The notes below the pieces were generated by a model, which was given only the letters and a program-made list of their open reading frames with translations, did not search any database and was not told the DNA's origin. From an uncultured delta proteobacterium (GTDB taxonomy: Bacteria; Desulfobacterota; Desulfomonilia; UBA1062): a DNA stretch of 64,000 nt. Below, piece after piece: positions 9,471-20,410 of the stretch; the stretch's first letter is position 1; every line of letters begins with the position of its first letter. The translations under genes and the position numbers were made by a program. The stretch covers positions 192,001 to 256,000 of the forward strand of contig CAVVYZ010000017.1 of assembly GCA_963752595.1 (NCBI GenBank), read 5' to 3'.

Positions 9471-11195
9471 CTACCTTCGTCTGATCTTTTTTTTCAGCTT
9501 GTCTATGTGTAGGCAGTTGAGCACATCGCCCTTTCCCAGCCATCCCCGCCGGGCCTGGTTGACTCCGAGGTACATGTAGTTGAGGTCGTGGATGCTGTGG
9601 GCATCCGTAGAGATCACGACCGTAAGGCCCATATCCTTGGCTTGTTTGCAGTATATGTCATTCATGTCGAGCCTGTCGGGGTGTGAGTTGAGTTCGAGGA
9701 AGCAGCCCCTTTCACGTGAAGCTTCCATAACCTGCTCAAGATCTATTTCGTAGGGCTTCCGTTCGTTGATGAGCCGGCCTGTTGGGTGTGCGAAAATGGT
9801 GAAGTAGGGGTTGTCCATGGCTCTGATCACCCGTTCGGTCTGTTTCCATTCAGGAAGTTTCTGGTAGTAATGAACGGAACAGACCGTGAGATCGAGCCTT
9901 TTCAATACTTCGTCGGGATAGTCGAGAGACCCGTCTTCGAGAATATCGACTTCGGAAGAATTCAGGATCGTGATATCCGGATAGCGGTCGCTGAGCCTGT
10001 CAATCTCTTTCATCTGCTCCATGAGGGCATGCTTGTCAATCCCGTGGGCAATGGTCGTTTTAGGAGAATGATTGGTTATGGCGATGTATTCATACCCGTG
10101 CCCGACGGCAGCCCGAACCATTTCTTCGAGGGTGTTCCGGCCATCGGTTGCCTTTGTATGCGTATGGAGATCACCTTTGATATCATTGATCGTGATGAGT
10201 ACTGGCAGCGTCCCATTTTGTGCCGCTTCGATCTCTCCTCTGTCTTCCCGTAGCTCCGGCTCTATATAAGGCAGGCCTACCGCATTGAAGACCTCCTCCT
10301 CGGTATGCCCTGCAATCCGCTCTTCGCCGTGGAATACGCCGTATTCGTTGATCTTCAGATTTTTCTTCTGGCCCATCCTGCGTACGATGATGCCATGCTG
10401 CTTTGAACCTGTGAAATAGTGCAGGGCAGCCCCGTAACTGATCTCGGGAACCACCCTCAAGTCCACCTGGAGACCTGAGCGCAGTATGACTGTGGATCTG
10501 GTCGTGCCTTTGGATACAATGGTGATAATGTCTTCGTACCGGGTGAAGGAATCCATTACCTTTTCATGATCCGAACAGATCACGAGGATATCGAGGTCTC
10601 CGACCGTCTCCATCCTGCGGCGGTAGCTTCCTGCCACCACAACCTCTTCCACCTCGGGCAGCGTTTTGAGGATACGTACGATGGACCGTGCCGTCTCATC
10701 GGCAACGATATATTTCACCCGTTGTTTTCCCTGCTCTGACTTGTGAACGATATCTTCGAGGATCTTCTGCTCTATTTTGCTTCCGAACCCCCCGAGCTTG
10801 CTGATCTCCCCATGCAGGGCAGCCTCTTTAAGATCCTTTTCCGTGCTGATGCCGAGTTCGTTATAGATGGTGCGGATTCGCTTTGGCCCCAGGCCGTCGA
10901 TACCCATGAGCGAGCCGAGCTCTTCAGGAATCTGTTCTTCGATCTTATCGAGCTGGTGGAGCCTGCCTGTACGGGTTATTTCTCCGATCTTCGCAGCCAG
11001 ATTTTTTCCTATCCCGGGCATCTGTGTGAGATCCTCGCCTTCACGAATCATGTCTTCAACGTCCCTTGGCTGGGATTCGATGATTCTCGCAGCATTGCGG
11101 TAAGCCCGGATGCGGAACTGATTCGATCCCTGGATTTCCAGAAGGTCTGCCATCTTGTCAAGAACTTGTGAGATGTCATGATTGTGCATGGGCAT
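9471..11195 (-). CDS. polX: DNA polymerase X / PHP 3'-5' exonuclease
   Basis: AYRNAA, HhH motifs, GSYRR..GDLDIL, QVDLRV, YFTGSK. PHP motifs DLHTHT, AHPTGR, STDAH. Confidence 0.95.
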   Translation of the reverse strand: MPMHNHDISQVLDKMADLLEIQGSNQFRIRAYRNAARIIESQPRDVEDMIREGEDLTQMPGIGKNLAAKIGEITRTGRLHQLDKIEEQIPEELGSLMGIDGLGPKRIRTIYNELGISTEKDLKEAALHGEISKLGGFGSKIEQKILEDIVHKSEQGKQRVKYIVADETARSIVRILKTLPEVEEVVVAGSYRRRMETVGDLDILVICSDHEKVMDSFTRYEDIITIVSKGTTRSTVILRSGLQVDLRVVPEISYGAALHYFTGSKQHGIIVRRMGQKKNLKINEYGVFHGEERIAGHTEEEVFNAVGLPYIEPELREDRGEIEAAQNGTLPVLITINDIKGDLHTHTKATDGRNTLEEMVRAAVGHGYEYIAITNHSPKTTIAHGIDKHALMEQMKEIDRLSDRYPDITILNSSEVDILEDGSLDYPDEVLKRLDLTVCSVHYYQKLPEWKQTERVIRAMDNPYFTIFAHPTGRLINERKPYEIDLEQVMEASRERGCFLELNSHPDRLDMNDIYCKQAKDMGLTVVISTDAHSIHDLNYMYLGVNQARRGWLGKGDVLNCLHIDKLKKKIRRR

Positions 11196-11227
11196 GAGAA
11201 CGCTTCCTTTCGTGGATATGTATGAGT

Positions 11228-12457
11228 TCAGAGATTGCCTTTCAGGCGATAGATGGTTTCGAATGAAGAAAAGAGGTCGAGGTAACTCTCCAGGCTCCGC
11301 GTCATCAGAAAATTATCCCTGACTTGCTTTCGAGCCTCTTGTCCCAGCCGCCTGCGCAGGTTTTCATCCCTGATCAGGCGGACGATCCTGTCTGCCGTTT
11401 CCTCGATCGATGATACCAGGAACCCGTTGACGCCGTCTTTGATCTGGTAACGGATCCCTCCTGCATTTCCCCCGACTACCGCTGCCCCTTTCCACATTGC
11501 CTCGGTCACGGTAAGACCAAACCCTTCACGAAGGGATTTCTGTACGATCACGGCTGATTTACGCTGCAGTGCATTTACCAGGGCGGTGTCCTGCCTGCTG
11601 ATGATAATGATGTTCTCTTCCCGCTTGCTTAAAAGCAAGTCGTACACCTGCTCGCCTTCCGGGTCATCGGTGGCGATGTTTCCCAGCAATACCAGGGTGC
11701 AGGGGACTTCTTTCCTGGCGATCTTGAATGCCCTGATCACGCCTTCGGGATCCTTCCACCTGTCGAAACGTGAAATTTGAGCAACAATAGGCAGGTTGGT
11801 GGGGATATGGTAGTAATCGAGCCGTCCCTGAATGTCTTCATCGCTCATCTCCCTGTTCTTGATGGAGAACGGATCGATCGAGGGCTTGAAAAAGAGCTGG
11901 GGAATGGAGAGATCCTGCCGATACTCCTCAAGTGTGAAGATCACTGCATCATAGCTTTCAATGAAGGGTAGGAGATAGTTCCAGAGTTTCTGATTCGGAT
12001 TGGTGAGATCTACATGGCAACGCCAGATCCAGGGGCCGTTTTTCCTGTAGTGTTTGATCATAGGAAGAGGCTGGGGATCGTGGATAATGACGAAATCATG
12101 ATCGTCCAGGTGATTGCGGATCGAATTCTCGAAGATGATATCCTCGTATATCCGGCATTTCCGCACAGAGAGATTGATATCATCTCCCTGCAGCGCATTA
12201 TGCATCTTCTTTGTAATACTGAAGAAATCAGCAGCTCCTTCAATTATACGCCATCCTGTTTTGATCCCGATGCTGTTCATGAGAAGGGTGAGAGGAGAAA
12301 GCAGCTCGGCAACACCTCCGCCGTAGTAGGTGGAATTGATGTGGGCGATATGCAGATCGCCCAGCTTTTCTGCTTTTCCCCTGATCCGGGCGACGGCTTC
12401 CTGCCCGATATAGGGCTCATAGTCCTCAACAGTTACCAGCTTCAGGTTCTTATCCAT
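11228..12457 (-). CDS. treT: trehalose glycosyltransferring synthase TreT-like (GT4)
   Basis: INSTYYGGGVAELL, KKMHNALQG, IHDPQP, WRCHVD, SRFDRWKDP, QKSLREGFGLTVTEAMWKG. Confidence 0.88.
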   Translation of the reverse strand: MDKNLKLVTVEDYEPYIGQEAVARIRGKAEKLGDLHIAHINSTYYGGGVAELLSPLTLLMNSIGIKTGWRIIEGAADFFSITKKMHNALQGDDINLSVRKCRIYEDIIFENSIRNHLDDHDFVIIHDPQPLPMIKHYRKNGPWIWRCHVDLTNPNQKLWNYLLPFIESYDAVIFTLEEYRQDLSIPQLFFKPSIDPFSIKNREMSDEDIQGRLDYYHIPTNLPIVAQISRFDRWKDPEGVIRAFKIARKEVPCTLVLLGNIATDDPEGEQVYDLLLSKREENIIIISRQDTALVNALQRKSAVIVQKSLREGFGLTVTEAMWKGAAVVGGNAGGIRYQIKDGVNGFLVSSIEETADRIVRLIRDENLRRRLGQEARKQVRDNFLMTRSLESYLDLFSSFETIYRLKGNL

Positions 12458-12479
12458 GGGTTTTTCCTTTCTTTAAAGC

Positions 12480-13508
12480 TCATCCCTCACAACGCAAGAA
12501 AGATGCATCTTCTTCGGGAAGATGGGTATTGATGCTCATGCCGGAACCCATCTCGAATCCTGCTCTGGTCGTGATGCGGGGCTTGACCTGGAGAAACCAG
12601 TGCAGATGGGGCTCTTCCGAGCGGTATTTTATGCAGGAGTGTATCATGTAATTATAATCCGGATTCTCCAACCTCTCGAAGAGACTTTTCAGGAGTATAT
12701 GGTGGATCGATGACAGATCGGATTTCTCTTCATCCGAGATATTTCCGAAATCGGCCTTGTGGGCTTTGGGCATTATCCATACCTCGAAAGGCTGCTCGGC
12801 TGCATAGGGCACGAAGGACACGAAGGAGCGGTTCTTGTGGATAACGCGGCTCCCGTCTGCAAGCTCTTGTTGAATGATGTCGCAGTATATGCAGGTCCCC
12901 CAATCGTCAAAGTAGTTCTGGGCACGGCATTCCCGGGTACGGATATATTCCGGGGCTATGCCTGTCGAGATTATCTGGGAGTGTGGATGAGGTAACGATG
13001 CTCCCGAGCGTGGACCGAAATTCCTGAAGATAACGGCAGTCATGTTTCTGTCAATCTTCATCAGGGTCACATACCTCTGGTGGTAGGATTCGATAATAGT
13101 CTCAACCTCTTGCCTCGACATGACCGGGATCTGCCTGTTATGGATCGGACTCTCGATGATGACCTCATGATGTCCATACCCTGCCATTGAGACATGGTTT
13201 CCCTCTTTTATCCTGTATTGAGCTCCACCAGGTGTGAGTGCAGGATATTTGTTTGCAATGGAGCGTGTCTGCCAGTGTGGGCCCCGACCCTTGCATTCCA
13301 TGATGATCTCGGTGAGCTTGTCTTCATTGCCGGGGCAGAACGGGCAGTTCACATCATATGCCGGGAGGTTTTCATGCTTCCGCCCGGTGCTTAAATTATC
13401 CTCCGGCCTCTTTCTTCTTGACAGGGCATAGATTACCCATTGGCCTGTAACGGGATTCCGGCGCATTTCATTCCCGGGCAGCGGAGGTAGGTTCATGTCC
13501 TTTTTCAT
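12480..13508 (-). CDS. galT: GalT-like sugar-1-phosphate nucleotidylyltransferase (HIT superfamily)
   Basis: R.NPVTGQWVI...R..RP, CPFCPGNE, NKYPAL, GHHEVIIE, GASLPHPHSQ, AGFEMGSG. Start codon uncertain. Confidence 0.85.
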   Translation of the reverse strand: MKKDMNLPPLPGNEMRRNPVTGQWVIYALSRRKRPEDNLSTGRKHENLPAYDVNCPFCPGNEDKLTEIIMECKGRGPHWQTRSIANKYPALTPGGAQYRIKEGNHVSMAGYGHHEVIIESPIHNRQIPVMSRQEVETIIESYHQRYVTLMKIDRNMTAVIFRNFGPRSGASLPHPHSQIISTGIAPEYIRTRECRAQNYFDDWGTCIYCDIIQQELADGSRVIHKNRSFVSFVPYAAEQPFEVWIMPKAHKADFGNISDEEKSDLSSIHHILLKSLFERLENPDYNYMIHSCIKYRSEEPHLHWFLQVKPRITTRAGFEMGSGMSINTHLPEEDASFLRCEG

Positions 13509-13518
13509 TTGGGCTTTT

Positions 13519-14316
13519 TCATGACTCTGGCTGGCAGCGGGGGCAGAAGAATGCACTCCTGCCCGAAATCCTCCGGTGCTTAAGAGCCCTTGTGCACCTT
13601 GGGCAGACAGAACCGGACTTCCTCGTGCGTATTATGTAATCTCCCGGCATGAGATTTGGATCTGCCCCGCACTGGATGGCAGTAGAGAGCACGTCTTTGA
13701 GAGCGGTAAAGATGTCCCGGAATTTTTCCTCCGGCAGAGAGCTCAGAGTCGAAGCAGGGTTTACTCCCGACTGGAACAGGATCTCGTCCGTATACACATT
13801 CCCGAGTCCTGCGATTACGTGCTGGTCCATGAGTATCGATTTGATCATGCCCCGTTTGCACTTGAGTATCCTTTGAAAAAGGGCGAAGTCCATCCTGCTG
13901 TCAAGGGCATCGATCCCCAGGCCGTGTGTATGGATAAACTCGATAGGGGAAGAAATAAGATAGACACCTCCGAGATTCCTTCGGTTGATATACGCCAGGT
14001 GATGCCCGTTGGAGAATGAAAAGAGGATGTTCACATGCTGCGGTTTCGTATCAGGAGGCTCCTGGAAGTACTGGAGGCCTCCGGTCATCCCGAAGTGCAT
14101 CACGATCCACTGTTGTCCGTCCAGGTTCACAAAGAGATATTTTCCGTATCGTGCGGTATCCGTCATGTTCCTCCCCTTGAGGTATTGCTCGAATTCCTGG
14201 ACCGGCAATTCTTTCACCAGGGAGGGGTTGAATACCCGAAGGAAAGCAATATTCCTATGGAGAGATGTATCATGCAGATACTGCCGTAAACATTCAATAT
14301 CGGGGAGCTCAGGCAT
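13519..14316 (-). CDS. Fpg/Nei family DNA glycosylase/AP lyase
   Basis: N-terminal PELPD, GKYL, HFGMTG, H2TH motif MDQ..IAGLGNVYTDEIL, C-terminal CPRC..CPRCQ zinc finger. Confidence 0.92.
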   Translation of the reverse strand: MPELPDIECLRQYLHDTSLHRNIAFLRVFNPSLVKELPVQEFEQYLKGRNMTDTARYGKYLFVNLDGQQWIVMHFGMTGGLQYFQEPPDTKPQHVNILFSFSNGHHLAYINRRNLGGVYLISSPIEFIHTHGLGIDALDSRMDFALFQRILKCKRGMIKSILMDQHVIAGLGNVYTDEILFQSGVNPASTLSSLPEEKFRDIFTALKDVLSTAIQCGADPNLMPGDYIIRTRKSGSVCPRCTRALKHRRISGRSAFFCPRCQPES

Positions 14317-14404
14317 CTTGAATCCTCCTTGATCCTTGATTGCCTGCCGCCCCTTGGCGAATGAAGGGCGGCTTGCGGCAGGTCTTGGAAAAAAAGAGAC
14401 TGTC

Positions 14405-14821
14405 TCAGCGTAATATTTCGATAAGTCTTGCCGAAAACTCCAGATGATTGCCGGCTAGAGGATGGTTGGCATTGATGGTGATGGAAGATCCAGAGACCTT
14501 CTGGATGACGCCTTTCAACACCTCTCCATCAGGCCGAACAATTTCCAGCCACGCCCCCACATCCGCTTTTTCTCCTTCGGGAAGCTCGGTTCTTTCGATT
14601 TCCCTGATCAGTTCTTCCCGATAAACTCCGAATACCATCTGCGGCGGCACCCGGTTTCTGGCTTGCTCTCCCGGGGACAGGCCGATGACTGCATTTTCGA
14701 CTGCGGGAAATACGTCCCCGTTTCCTATGGTGAACGTAAGGGGTGCACTCAGGATCGTTCCGTTTTCCATCAATCCTGAGAAATCGATAATTACCGTATC
14801 TCCTTTTCGCGCTTTTTTCAT
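14405..14821 (-). CDS. FKBP-type peptidyl-prolyl isomerase (SlyD-like)
   Basis: GDTVIIDF.G, PLTFTIG, ANHPLAGNHLEF. Confidence 0.85.
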   Translation of the reverse strand: MKKARKGDTVIIDFSGLMENGTILSAPLTFTIGNGDVFPAVENAVIGLSPGEQARNRVPPQMVFGVYREELIREIERTELPEGEKADVGAWLEIVRPDGEVLKGVIQKVSGSSITINANHPLAGNHLEFSARLIEILR

Positions 14822-14845
14822 GGTTACTCCTTTCCCGAAATATGG

Positions 14846-15847
14846 TCACTGCACGAGATTCTCAGGTGTTCCGCGGATAAAAGCATGGATATTCTCCACC
14901 GTCGTATTCAGGATGTCGAGCAGTGCTTCCTGGGTATAGAATGCGCTGTGGGGCGTGATGTAGACATTACGCATGCGAAGCAGGACATGATCCGCCAGCA
15001 GGGTCTGCAGGTCATGGTCCCTTTGGAATATTGTCCTGACGAGCTCGGCCTCCTCGCGTATCACCGGCTCATCTGAAAGGACATCCAGCCCTGCTGCGGA
15101 TAGCTTGCCGGTCGACAGGGCTTCCACGAGTGCCTGCACATTTACGGTAGGTCCCCGAGAGGTATTGATGAGGACCGCTCCGTTCTTCATCAGGCGGAAT
15201 TGTTCGTGCGAAACGAGATTTTTGGTTTTTTCATTGGAGGGGACGTGCAGGGTAATGATGTCCGATTCTTTCAAGAGGTTGTCAAGAGCGAGGTAAGTAA
15301 AGCCCAGGGCACGTGCCAGGTCCTCAACCGGCCTGGCGTCGAAGGCTATTACCTCCATGTCGAATCCTTTTGCAATGCGGATCACGCACTGGCCGATATG
15401 GCCGGCGCCGATCACGCCCAGGGTTTTGCCGTGGAGGTCGAATCCTTTGAGCCCCCTGAGAGAAAAATCACCCTTGCGGGTCCGGTCTATGGCCTCGGTA
15501 AGGTGATGGGATATCGTGAGGATAAGGCCGAAAACATGCTCTGCAACGGTGCATGACCCATAGGCAGGCACATTGGAAACCAGTATTCCGTGTGCTTTGC
15601 AGTAGGACATGGCGATGTGATCGAACCCGGTGGAGCGGGTGGCTATGAGCTTCAGCGATGGAAGCTGCTTCAGCACATCTTCGCCCAGCTCCGAATATAT
15701 GAAAGTAGAAACAATCTCCGCATCGGCATACTGCCTTGCATTGGATTCGTTCAGGGCCTCTTCCCGGAAGAGGACATCGTTGGTATCCTTGAGCCTTTTG
15801 TAAAGATCCTGCTCCCAGTTTTCCGCTTCGAATATGGCTAGCTTCAT
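14846..15847 (-). CDS. D-isomer-specific 2-hydroxyacid (D-lactate-like) dehydrogenase
   Basis: TRSTGFDHI, NVPAYG..VAEH, GVIGAGHIG, INTSRG, GLDVL..EP, TPHSAFYT. Confidence 0.9.
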   Translation of the reverse strand: MKLAIFEAENWEQDLYKRLKDTNDVLFREEALNESNARQYADAEIVSTFIYSELGEDVLKQLPSLKLIATRSTGFDHIAMSYCKAHGILVSNVPAYGSCTVAEHVFGLILTISHHLTEAIDRTRKGDFSLRGLKGFDLHGKTLGVIGAGHIGQCVIRIAKGFDMEVIAFDARPVEDLARALGFTYLALDNLLKESDIITLHVPSNEKTKNLVSHEQFRLMKNGAVLINTSRGPTVNVQALVEALSTGKLSAAGLDVLSDEPVIREEAELVRTIFQRDHDLQTLLADHVLLRMRNVYITPHSAFYTQEALLDILNTTVENIHAFIRGTPENLVQ

Positions 15848-15902
15848 GATTCCCCCTTATGGAAGAGTTGAGGTTCAAAGAGGGTATTTCTCCCCCAGTC
15901 CT

Positions 15903-16832
15903 TTATGTGTGCATTCTCTCATAGAGCCTTTCGGTATCATCTTTCCGGCACAGTTCGGTGCCCGGAGCCATGACTGCTGCAGCACCGGCTGCTACACCGA
16001 ACCTCACTGCATCGACGACCGTGAAACCTCTCATCAGGCTGATTACCATCCCTGCCACCATACTGTCTCCTGCGCCGACCTTGCTCACGATCCGTACCGT
16101 AGGGGCATGGATGCGCATGCACGTTTCCCCGGTTACGAGCAGCGCCCCGGCCGCCCCGAGCGATACGACAATGATCTCGGCCTTGCCCTTTTCTATAAGC
16201 ACCCTTGCACAGTCCTCAATGTTTTGCTCTTCCATGATATCCTGTCCCATGAGCACACGAAGCTCGTTTATATTGGGCTTGATAAGATACACCTTTAAAT
16301 CCAGGGCACATTTCAGTGCCTTTCCGGAGGTGTCGATGATGCACTTCGCCCCCACATCCGCTGCCTTTTTTGCAAGGCGGGCATAAAAATCATCCGGTAC
16401 ACCCGGCGGCAAACTGCCGCTTCCGATGACGTATTCCGGCGCGAAATCCACCGAATCCAGCTCATAAATCAGGGACTGCCACTCTTTTTCACGTATGGAT
16501 GGGCCCGGCATTCCAAAACGGAACTGACGGCCGCTTGCCTCCTCCAGGATGATGAAATTTTCGCGGGTTTCATCTGATATCGCTGTGGCCCGGTAGCTCA
16601 CGCCGTCCTGCTCAAGCAGGCCTGTGAGCATATCTCCGAAATGCCTCCCGCTAGGAAAGAGGGCAAGTGATTCGCCCCCCAGCCGTCTGATTGCACGGGA
16701 TACGTTTATGCCCCCGCCTCCGGGTTCGTGGCTTGGGGCAGAGCACCGGAGTTTGTGTTCCGCCATGACATGAGATATCCTGCTGTTTGTATCGATACTG
16801 GGGTTTATCGTAACGGTAACAATTCCCCCCAT
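15903..16832 (-). CDS. pfkB: PfkB-family hexose kinase (6-phosphofructokinase II-like)
   Basis: TINPSID, EPGGGGINVSR, GSLPPG, IKPN..EL, VGAGDSMVAG. RBS GGAGG before ATG 16832. Confidence 0.88.
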   Translation of the reverse strand: MGGIVTVTINPSIDTNSRISHVMAEHKLRCSAPSHEPGGGGINVSRAIRRLGGESLALFPSGRHFGDMLTGLLEQDGVSYRATAISDETRENFIILEEASGRQFRFGMPGPSIREKEWQSLIYELDSVDFAPEYVIGSGSLPPGVPDDFYARLAKKAADVGAKCIIDTSGKALKCALDLKVYLIKPNINELRVLMGQDIMEEQNIEDCARVLIEKGKAEIIVVSLGAAGALLVTGETCMRIHAPTVRIVSKVGAGDSMVAGMVISLMRGFTVVDAVRFGVAAGAAAVMAPGTELCRKDDTERLYERMHT

Positions 16833-16854
16833 GACTTCCTCCCTGATCGTTTCG

Positions 16855-17748
16855 TTAAGTTTCCTGCTCCCCTTCCTCGAGGGCATTGAATCCCGAGATG
16901 ATATCAAGCAGTTCCTCGGTAATCGATACCTGCCTCTCCTGATTGTATTGATTTTTCAACTCGGTGAGCCTTTCCTTGATATTCCTTTCCGCTCCCTGCA
17001 TGGATGAGAGCCTTGCTGCGTTCTCGCTTGCCAGGGATTCGGCAAACGCCCTGAAAAGGGATGCGTTGAGATAGTGCCTGACCAGAGCGGAGAAGAGCGT
17101 GTCCGCATCCATGCGGAATACCGGCAGCTCCCTGGTGGGCCAGGGCTCTTCGGTAATGCCTTCCAGCCATTGTCTGTCAAGGGGCAGCAGCCGCATCAGG
17201 CGGGGTTCATACGAGGCCCCGGAGATATGGTGATTGTATTCGAGTAAGACCTGCTGAATCCCGTATTGGCCGTTCCAGTGGTCGATATCACTGATGATCT
17301 CCTGCACGGTCGGGGTAATTCCCTCCGGTGATACCGGCACCGGTAGAAGTTCCTGAATCGGGAGGCCTTCACTCAGAAGTCGGTCATGGATCCTTTGGCC
17401 TACGGACAGGATCAGACAACTCTGCCGGTTTATGCCAGGCCTTTTCATCGTGTCCAGGGTATGGTCTGCGATCCTGTCGTTGAATTGCCCGCACAAGCCC
17501 TGGTCCGACCCGAAAACAAGGAGGACCATGCGGCCGCGGCCCTGCCGCTGATCTTTACCGGGAGGGAGGTACCTGAGCAGGCCGCGGAAAGCAAGCATGA
17601 CCGCCTTGTTGTATTCGTTCAGCGATTCCTGTGCCCTTTCGTATTCGCGGATGTTTACCGCAGCCATAGCTTTCATGGTCTTGACCATGGAGAGGAGGTC
17701 CTGGGCAGTATCATGCTTTTTTTTCAATACCTGGAGATCCGGCATCAT
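16855..17748 (-). CDS. atpG: N-ATPase gamma subunit
   Basis: [47 protein letters not shown]. Confidence 0.93.
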   Translation of the reverse strand: MMPDLQVLKKKHDTAQDLLSMVKTMKAMAAVNIREYERAQESLNEYNKAVMLAFRGLLRYLPPGKDQRQGRGRMVLLVFGSDQGLCGQFNDRIADHTLDTMKRPGINRQSCLILSVGQRIHDRLLSEGLPIQELLPVPVSPEGITPTVQEIISDIDHWNGQYGIQQVLLEYNHHISGASYEPRLMRLLPLDRQWLEGITEEPWPTRELPVFRMDADTLFSALVRHYLNASLFRAFAESLASENAARLSSMQGAERNIKERLTELKNQYNQERQVSITEELLDIISGFNALEEGEQET

Positions 17749-19306
17749 CTTTCCTTTTTGCATATGGGTCTGCAGCATCTCTCGCAATCTTCACGAGAGA
17801 CTCCCAATCCTGGTCCGAGAGCTCCTTGTCAGAATCGATCTTGTCACAGATCTCGGGAAGGCGTTCTTTGACCGATGATCTGATGGCTTTTTCCACCTCG
17901 GGGATATCTTCCAGAGGTATTTCGTCGAATACTCCTTTGGTCACGGCAACGAGTACGGTGATCTGCTCACAGGAGTTCATGGTATCGTACTGAGACTGTT
18001 TCAGCGCCTCTCTGACACGGTGGCCTCTCTCAAGGACTTTGCGGGTCTGCTCATCGAGCCTGGTGCCGATCCGGGAAAAGGACTCCAGCTCTTCGAACTG
18101 CGTGTAGGAGAGCCTTAAATCCCCTGCTACCACACGGTAAGCCCTTCGCTGCGCTTTGCCGCCGACCCGGGACACAGATCTGCCTACATCCACCGAAGGG
18201 AGCTGGCCTTTATGGAAGAGCTCGGGTGAGAGGTAGACCTGACCGTCGGTAATAGAAATCAGATTGGTGGGAATGTATGCGGAAATATTCTGGGCCTGGG
18301 TCTCCACGATAGGAAGCGACGTGAGAGACCCTCCGCCGAGTTCTTTGCGCAGGTGGCCGGAGCGTTCGAGCAGGCGCGAGTGGATGTAGAAGATGTCGCC
18401 GGGAAATGCCTCCCTTCCCGGAGGCCGCCTCAGGAGGAGTGAGATCTCGCGGTAGATCCTTGCGTGCCGGGTGAGATCGTCGTAAACGATCAGCACATCC
18501 CGGCCTCGGTCGAGGAAATATTCTCCTACCGTGGTGGCGCTGTACGGAGCCGTGTATTGCAAGCCCGGCGGGTCTTCGCCAACAGCCATCATTACAATCG
18601 TATACTCCATTGCATCCCGTTTCGTGAGCTCGGAGACGACCTTGGCGATAAAACCGCTCTCTTTTCCGATGGCGCAGTAGATACAGATGACATCCCGGCC
18701 CTTTTGATTGATGATGGTGTCTATGGCGATGGCGGTCTTGCCCGTCTGCCGGTCGCCTACAATGAGCTCACGCTGCCCTTTGCCGATAGGGATGAGCGTA
18801 TCGATGACCTTGATACCTGTCTGCATGGGTTCGGTAACCGGGAGACGGTCCATGATGTCGGGGGCCTGCCGCTCGATATAACGGTACTCTGCGGCTGCCA
18901 CGGGGCCTTTGTTGTCACGCGGCCTGCAGACGGCATCCACGACCCTGCCGATCAACGCCTCACCCACCGGCACCTCAAGCACACGGCCGGTTCGGCGAAC
19001 CTCCATGCCCGAGGAAAGCTCACTTCCTTCATCCAGCAGGACTACCCCCACACTGTCGATATGAATGTCGAAAGCTATTCCCAGCCGGTTGCCCGGAAAT
19101 CGCACGAGTTCATCGGCGCGGATTCCGGGGAGCCCGTTTACCCTGGCAATGCCCTGCTCGACCTGTGTTATTATACCGGTCTCCAGGATGGTGAGTTCGG
19201 GACGATAGCTATCCAGTATTCCGCGAGAAAGAGGAGAGGTCATTTCCAAAGCTGTCCATATATCGGCTTCCGGATGAATGGCGCCTTCAACTTCAGTCAT
19301 GTGCAT
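17711..19306 (-). CDS. atpA: N-ATPase alpha subunit
   Basis: [52 protein letters not shown]. Confidence 0.96.
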   Translation of the reverse strand: MHMTEVEGAIHPEADIWTALEMTSPLSRGILDSYRPELTILETGIITQVEQGIARVNGLPGIRADELVRFPGNRLGIAFDIHIDSVGVVLLDEGSELSSGMEVRRTGRVLEVPVGEALIGRVVDAVCRPRDNKGPVAAAEYRYIERQAPDIMDRLPVTEPMQTGIKVIDTLIPIGKGQRELIVGDRQTGKTAIAIDTIINQKGRDVICIYCAIGKESGFIAKVVSELTKRDAMEYTIVMMAVGEDPPGLQYTAPYSATTVGEYFLDRGRDVLIVYDDLTRHARIYREISLLLRRPPGREAFPGDIFYIHSRLLERSGHLRKELGGGSLTSLPIVETQAQNISAYIPTNLISITDGQVYLSPELFHKGQLPSVDVGRSVSRVGGKAQRRAYRVVAGDLRLSYTQFEELESFSRIGTRLDEQTRKVLERGHRVREALKQSQYDTMNSCEQITVLVAVTKGVFDEIPLEDIPEVEKAIRSSVKERLPEICDKIDSDKELSDQDWESLVKIARDAADPYAKRKDDAGSPGIEKKA

Positions 19307-20081
19307 TCTCCCGGCGCTGGCCGAAGGTATCGATAATGGATCGTGATACCTTCTCCTCGATATCTTCCAGGAACTGATCCGCGTTCCAGCTCACTTTGTA
19401 GCCATCGGCGTTCACTTCTATCCCCAGGATGAGATCGGATGACTGCTGATACCTGACGGAAATATTTTCTGAAAACTCTTTCTTTAACGCTTCTGTCAGC
19501 ATATGACGCAGATTGTCGGCAAGATCGAACGAGCTGGTGACCGTGAGGGCGGTCTCTCTTTTCCGTATAGCATCAGCCAGCTTTTCTTTTCGATCAGGCT
19601 CAACCCCTTTCAATCGCCGGATGAAAACGTCCACAAGTCCCTCTTCCATATCCTTTCCTGCAAGATCACCGATGATGCGATGAGCAATGCGAGTAGAGTC
19701 CTGAATGCTCATGAGCATCAGGCGCTCTGCGATCTCCTTCTTTTTCTGATCAAGGATTTCACGGAGCCGGTAATGTTCTCTCCGGGCATCTTCACGTGCC
19801 TGCACAAGATATTCTTCACGCTTCCGGCTCCCCTCCAGTGCTGCTTCTCTGAGTATCTGCTGCTTCTGCTCGCTCAGCTTGAGATTTTCTTCCCGGTATG
19901 CATCCAGTTCCTGCGCTGCCCGGTCCTGCTTTTCCTTTGCATCGTCGATCTGTGAAGCGATCTGCGCTTTGCGCTCGCGCATGGCGGTCCTGATCCGGCC
20001 GAAGAGGAAAAACTTCAGGAGAGCGACCAGAATCAGAAAATTGACGATTTGAGCGATTATCGTAAACCAGTCGATAATCAA
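19293..20081 (-). CDS. atpF: N-ATPase b subunit with delta-like C-terminal extension
   Basis: [21 protein letters not shown], coiled coil, C-terminal LILGIE...GYKVSWN. Confidence 0.92.
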   Translation of the reverse strand: MIIDWFTIIAQIVNFLILVALLKFFLFGRIRTAMRERKAQIASQIDDAKEKQDRAAQELDAYREENLKLSEQKQQILREAALEGSRKREEYLVQAREDARREHYRLREILDQKKKEIAERLMLMSIQDSTRIAHRIIGDLAGKDMEEGLVDVFIRRLKGVEPDRKEKLADAIRKRETALTVTSSFDLADNLRHMLTEALKKEFSENISVRYQQSSDLILGIEVNADGYKVSWNADQFLEDIEEKVSRSIIDTFGQRRENAHD

Positions 20082-20092
20082 GGCACTTCTCC

Positions 20093-20368
20093 TTAACGGG
20101 ATAGAAAGTGGTTCCAGAACGGGTTGGCAAAGATGAGGATCATGGATACGACGAGGCAGTAAATGGACGTGGACTCTATCATGGCAAGGCCCACGAACAA
20201 TACCCTGCTCAGGGTTCCTGACTCGTCAGGCTGCTGTGCAATGGCAGTCATGGCCTGTGCAACCGCCCTGCCTTCTCCGAGGGCGGTGCCGATCGCCCCC
20301 ATGCCTATGGTAATACCTGATGTAAAAATCGATACGATTCCGATAACGGTAATTGCATCCATAAACAT
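20093..20368 (-). CDS. atpE: N-ATPase c subunit, Na+-binding type
   Basis: ALGEG in helix 1, AQQPD loop, MIESTSIY in helix 2, ANPFW tail. Confidence 0.95.
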   Translation of the reverse strand: MFMDAITVIGIVSIFTSGITIGMGAIGTALGEGRAVAQAMTAIAQQPDESGTLSRVLFVGLAMIESTSIYCLVVSMILIFANPFWNHFLSR

Positions 20369-20410
20369 AGTCTCCTTTTTCCAAGGGATGATAAGGCAGC
20401 TTTTGATTTC

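Noticed and set aside
14346-14372. GC hairpin between the SlyD-like and Fpg genes as a terminator
   Set aside because: There is no U-tract downstream on the coding strand; at most it is an mRNA stability element.
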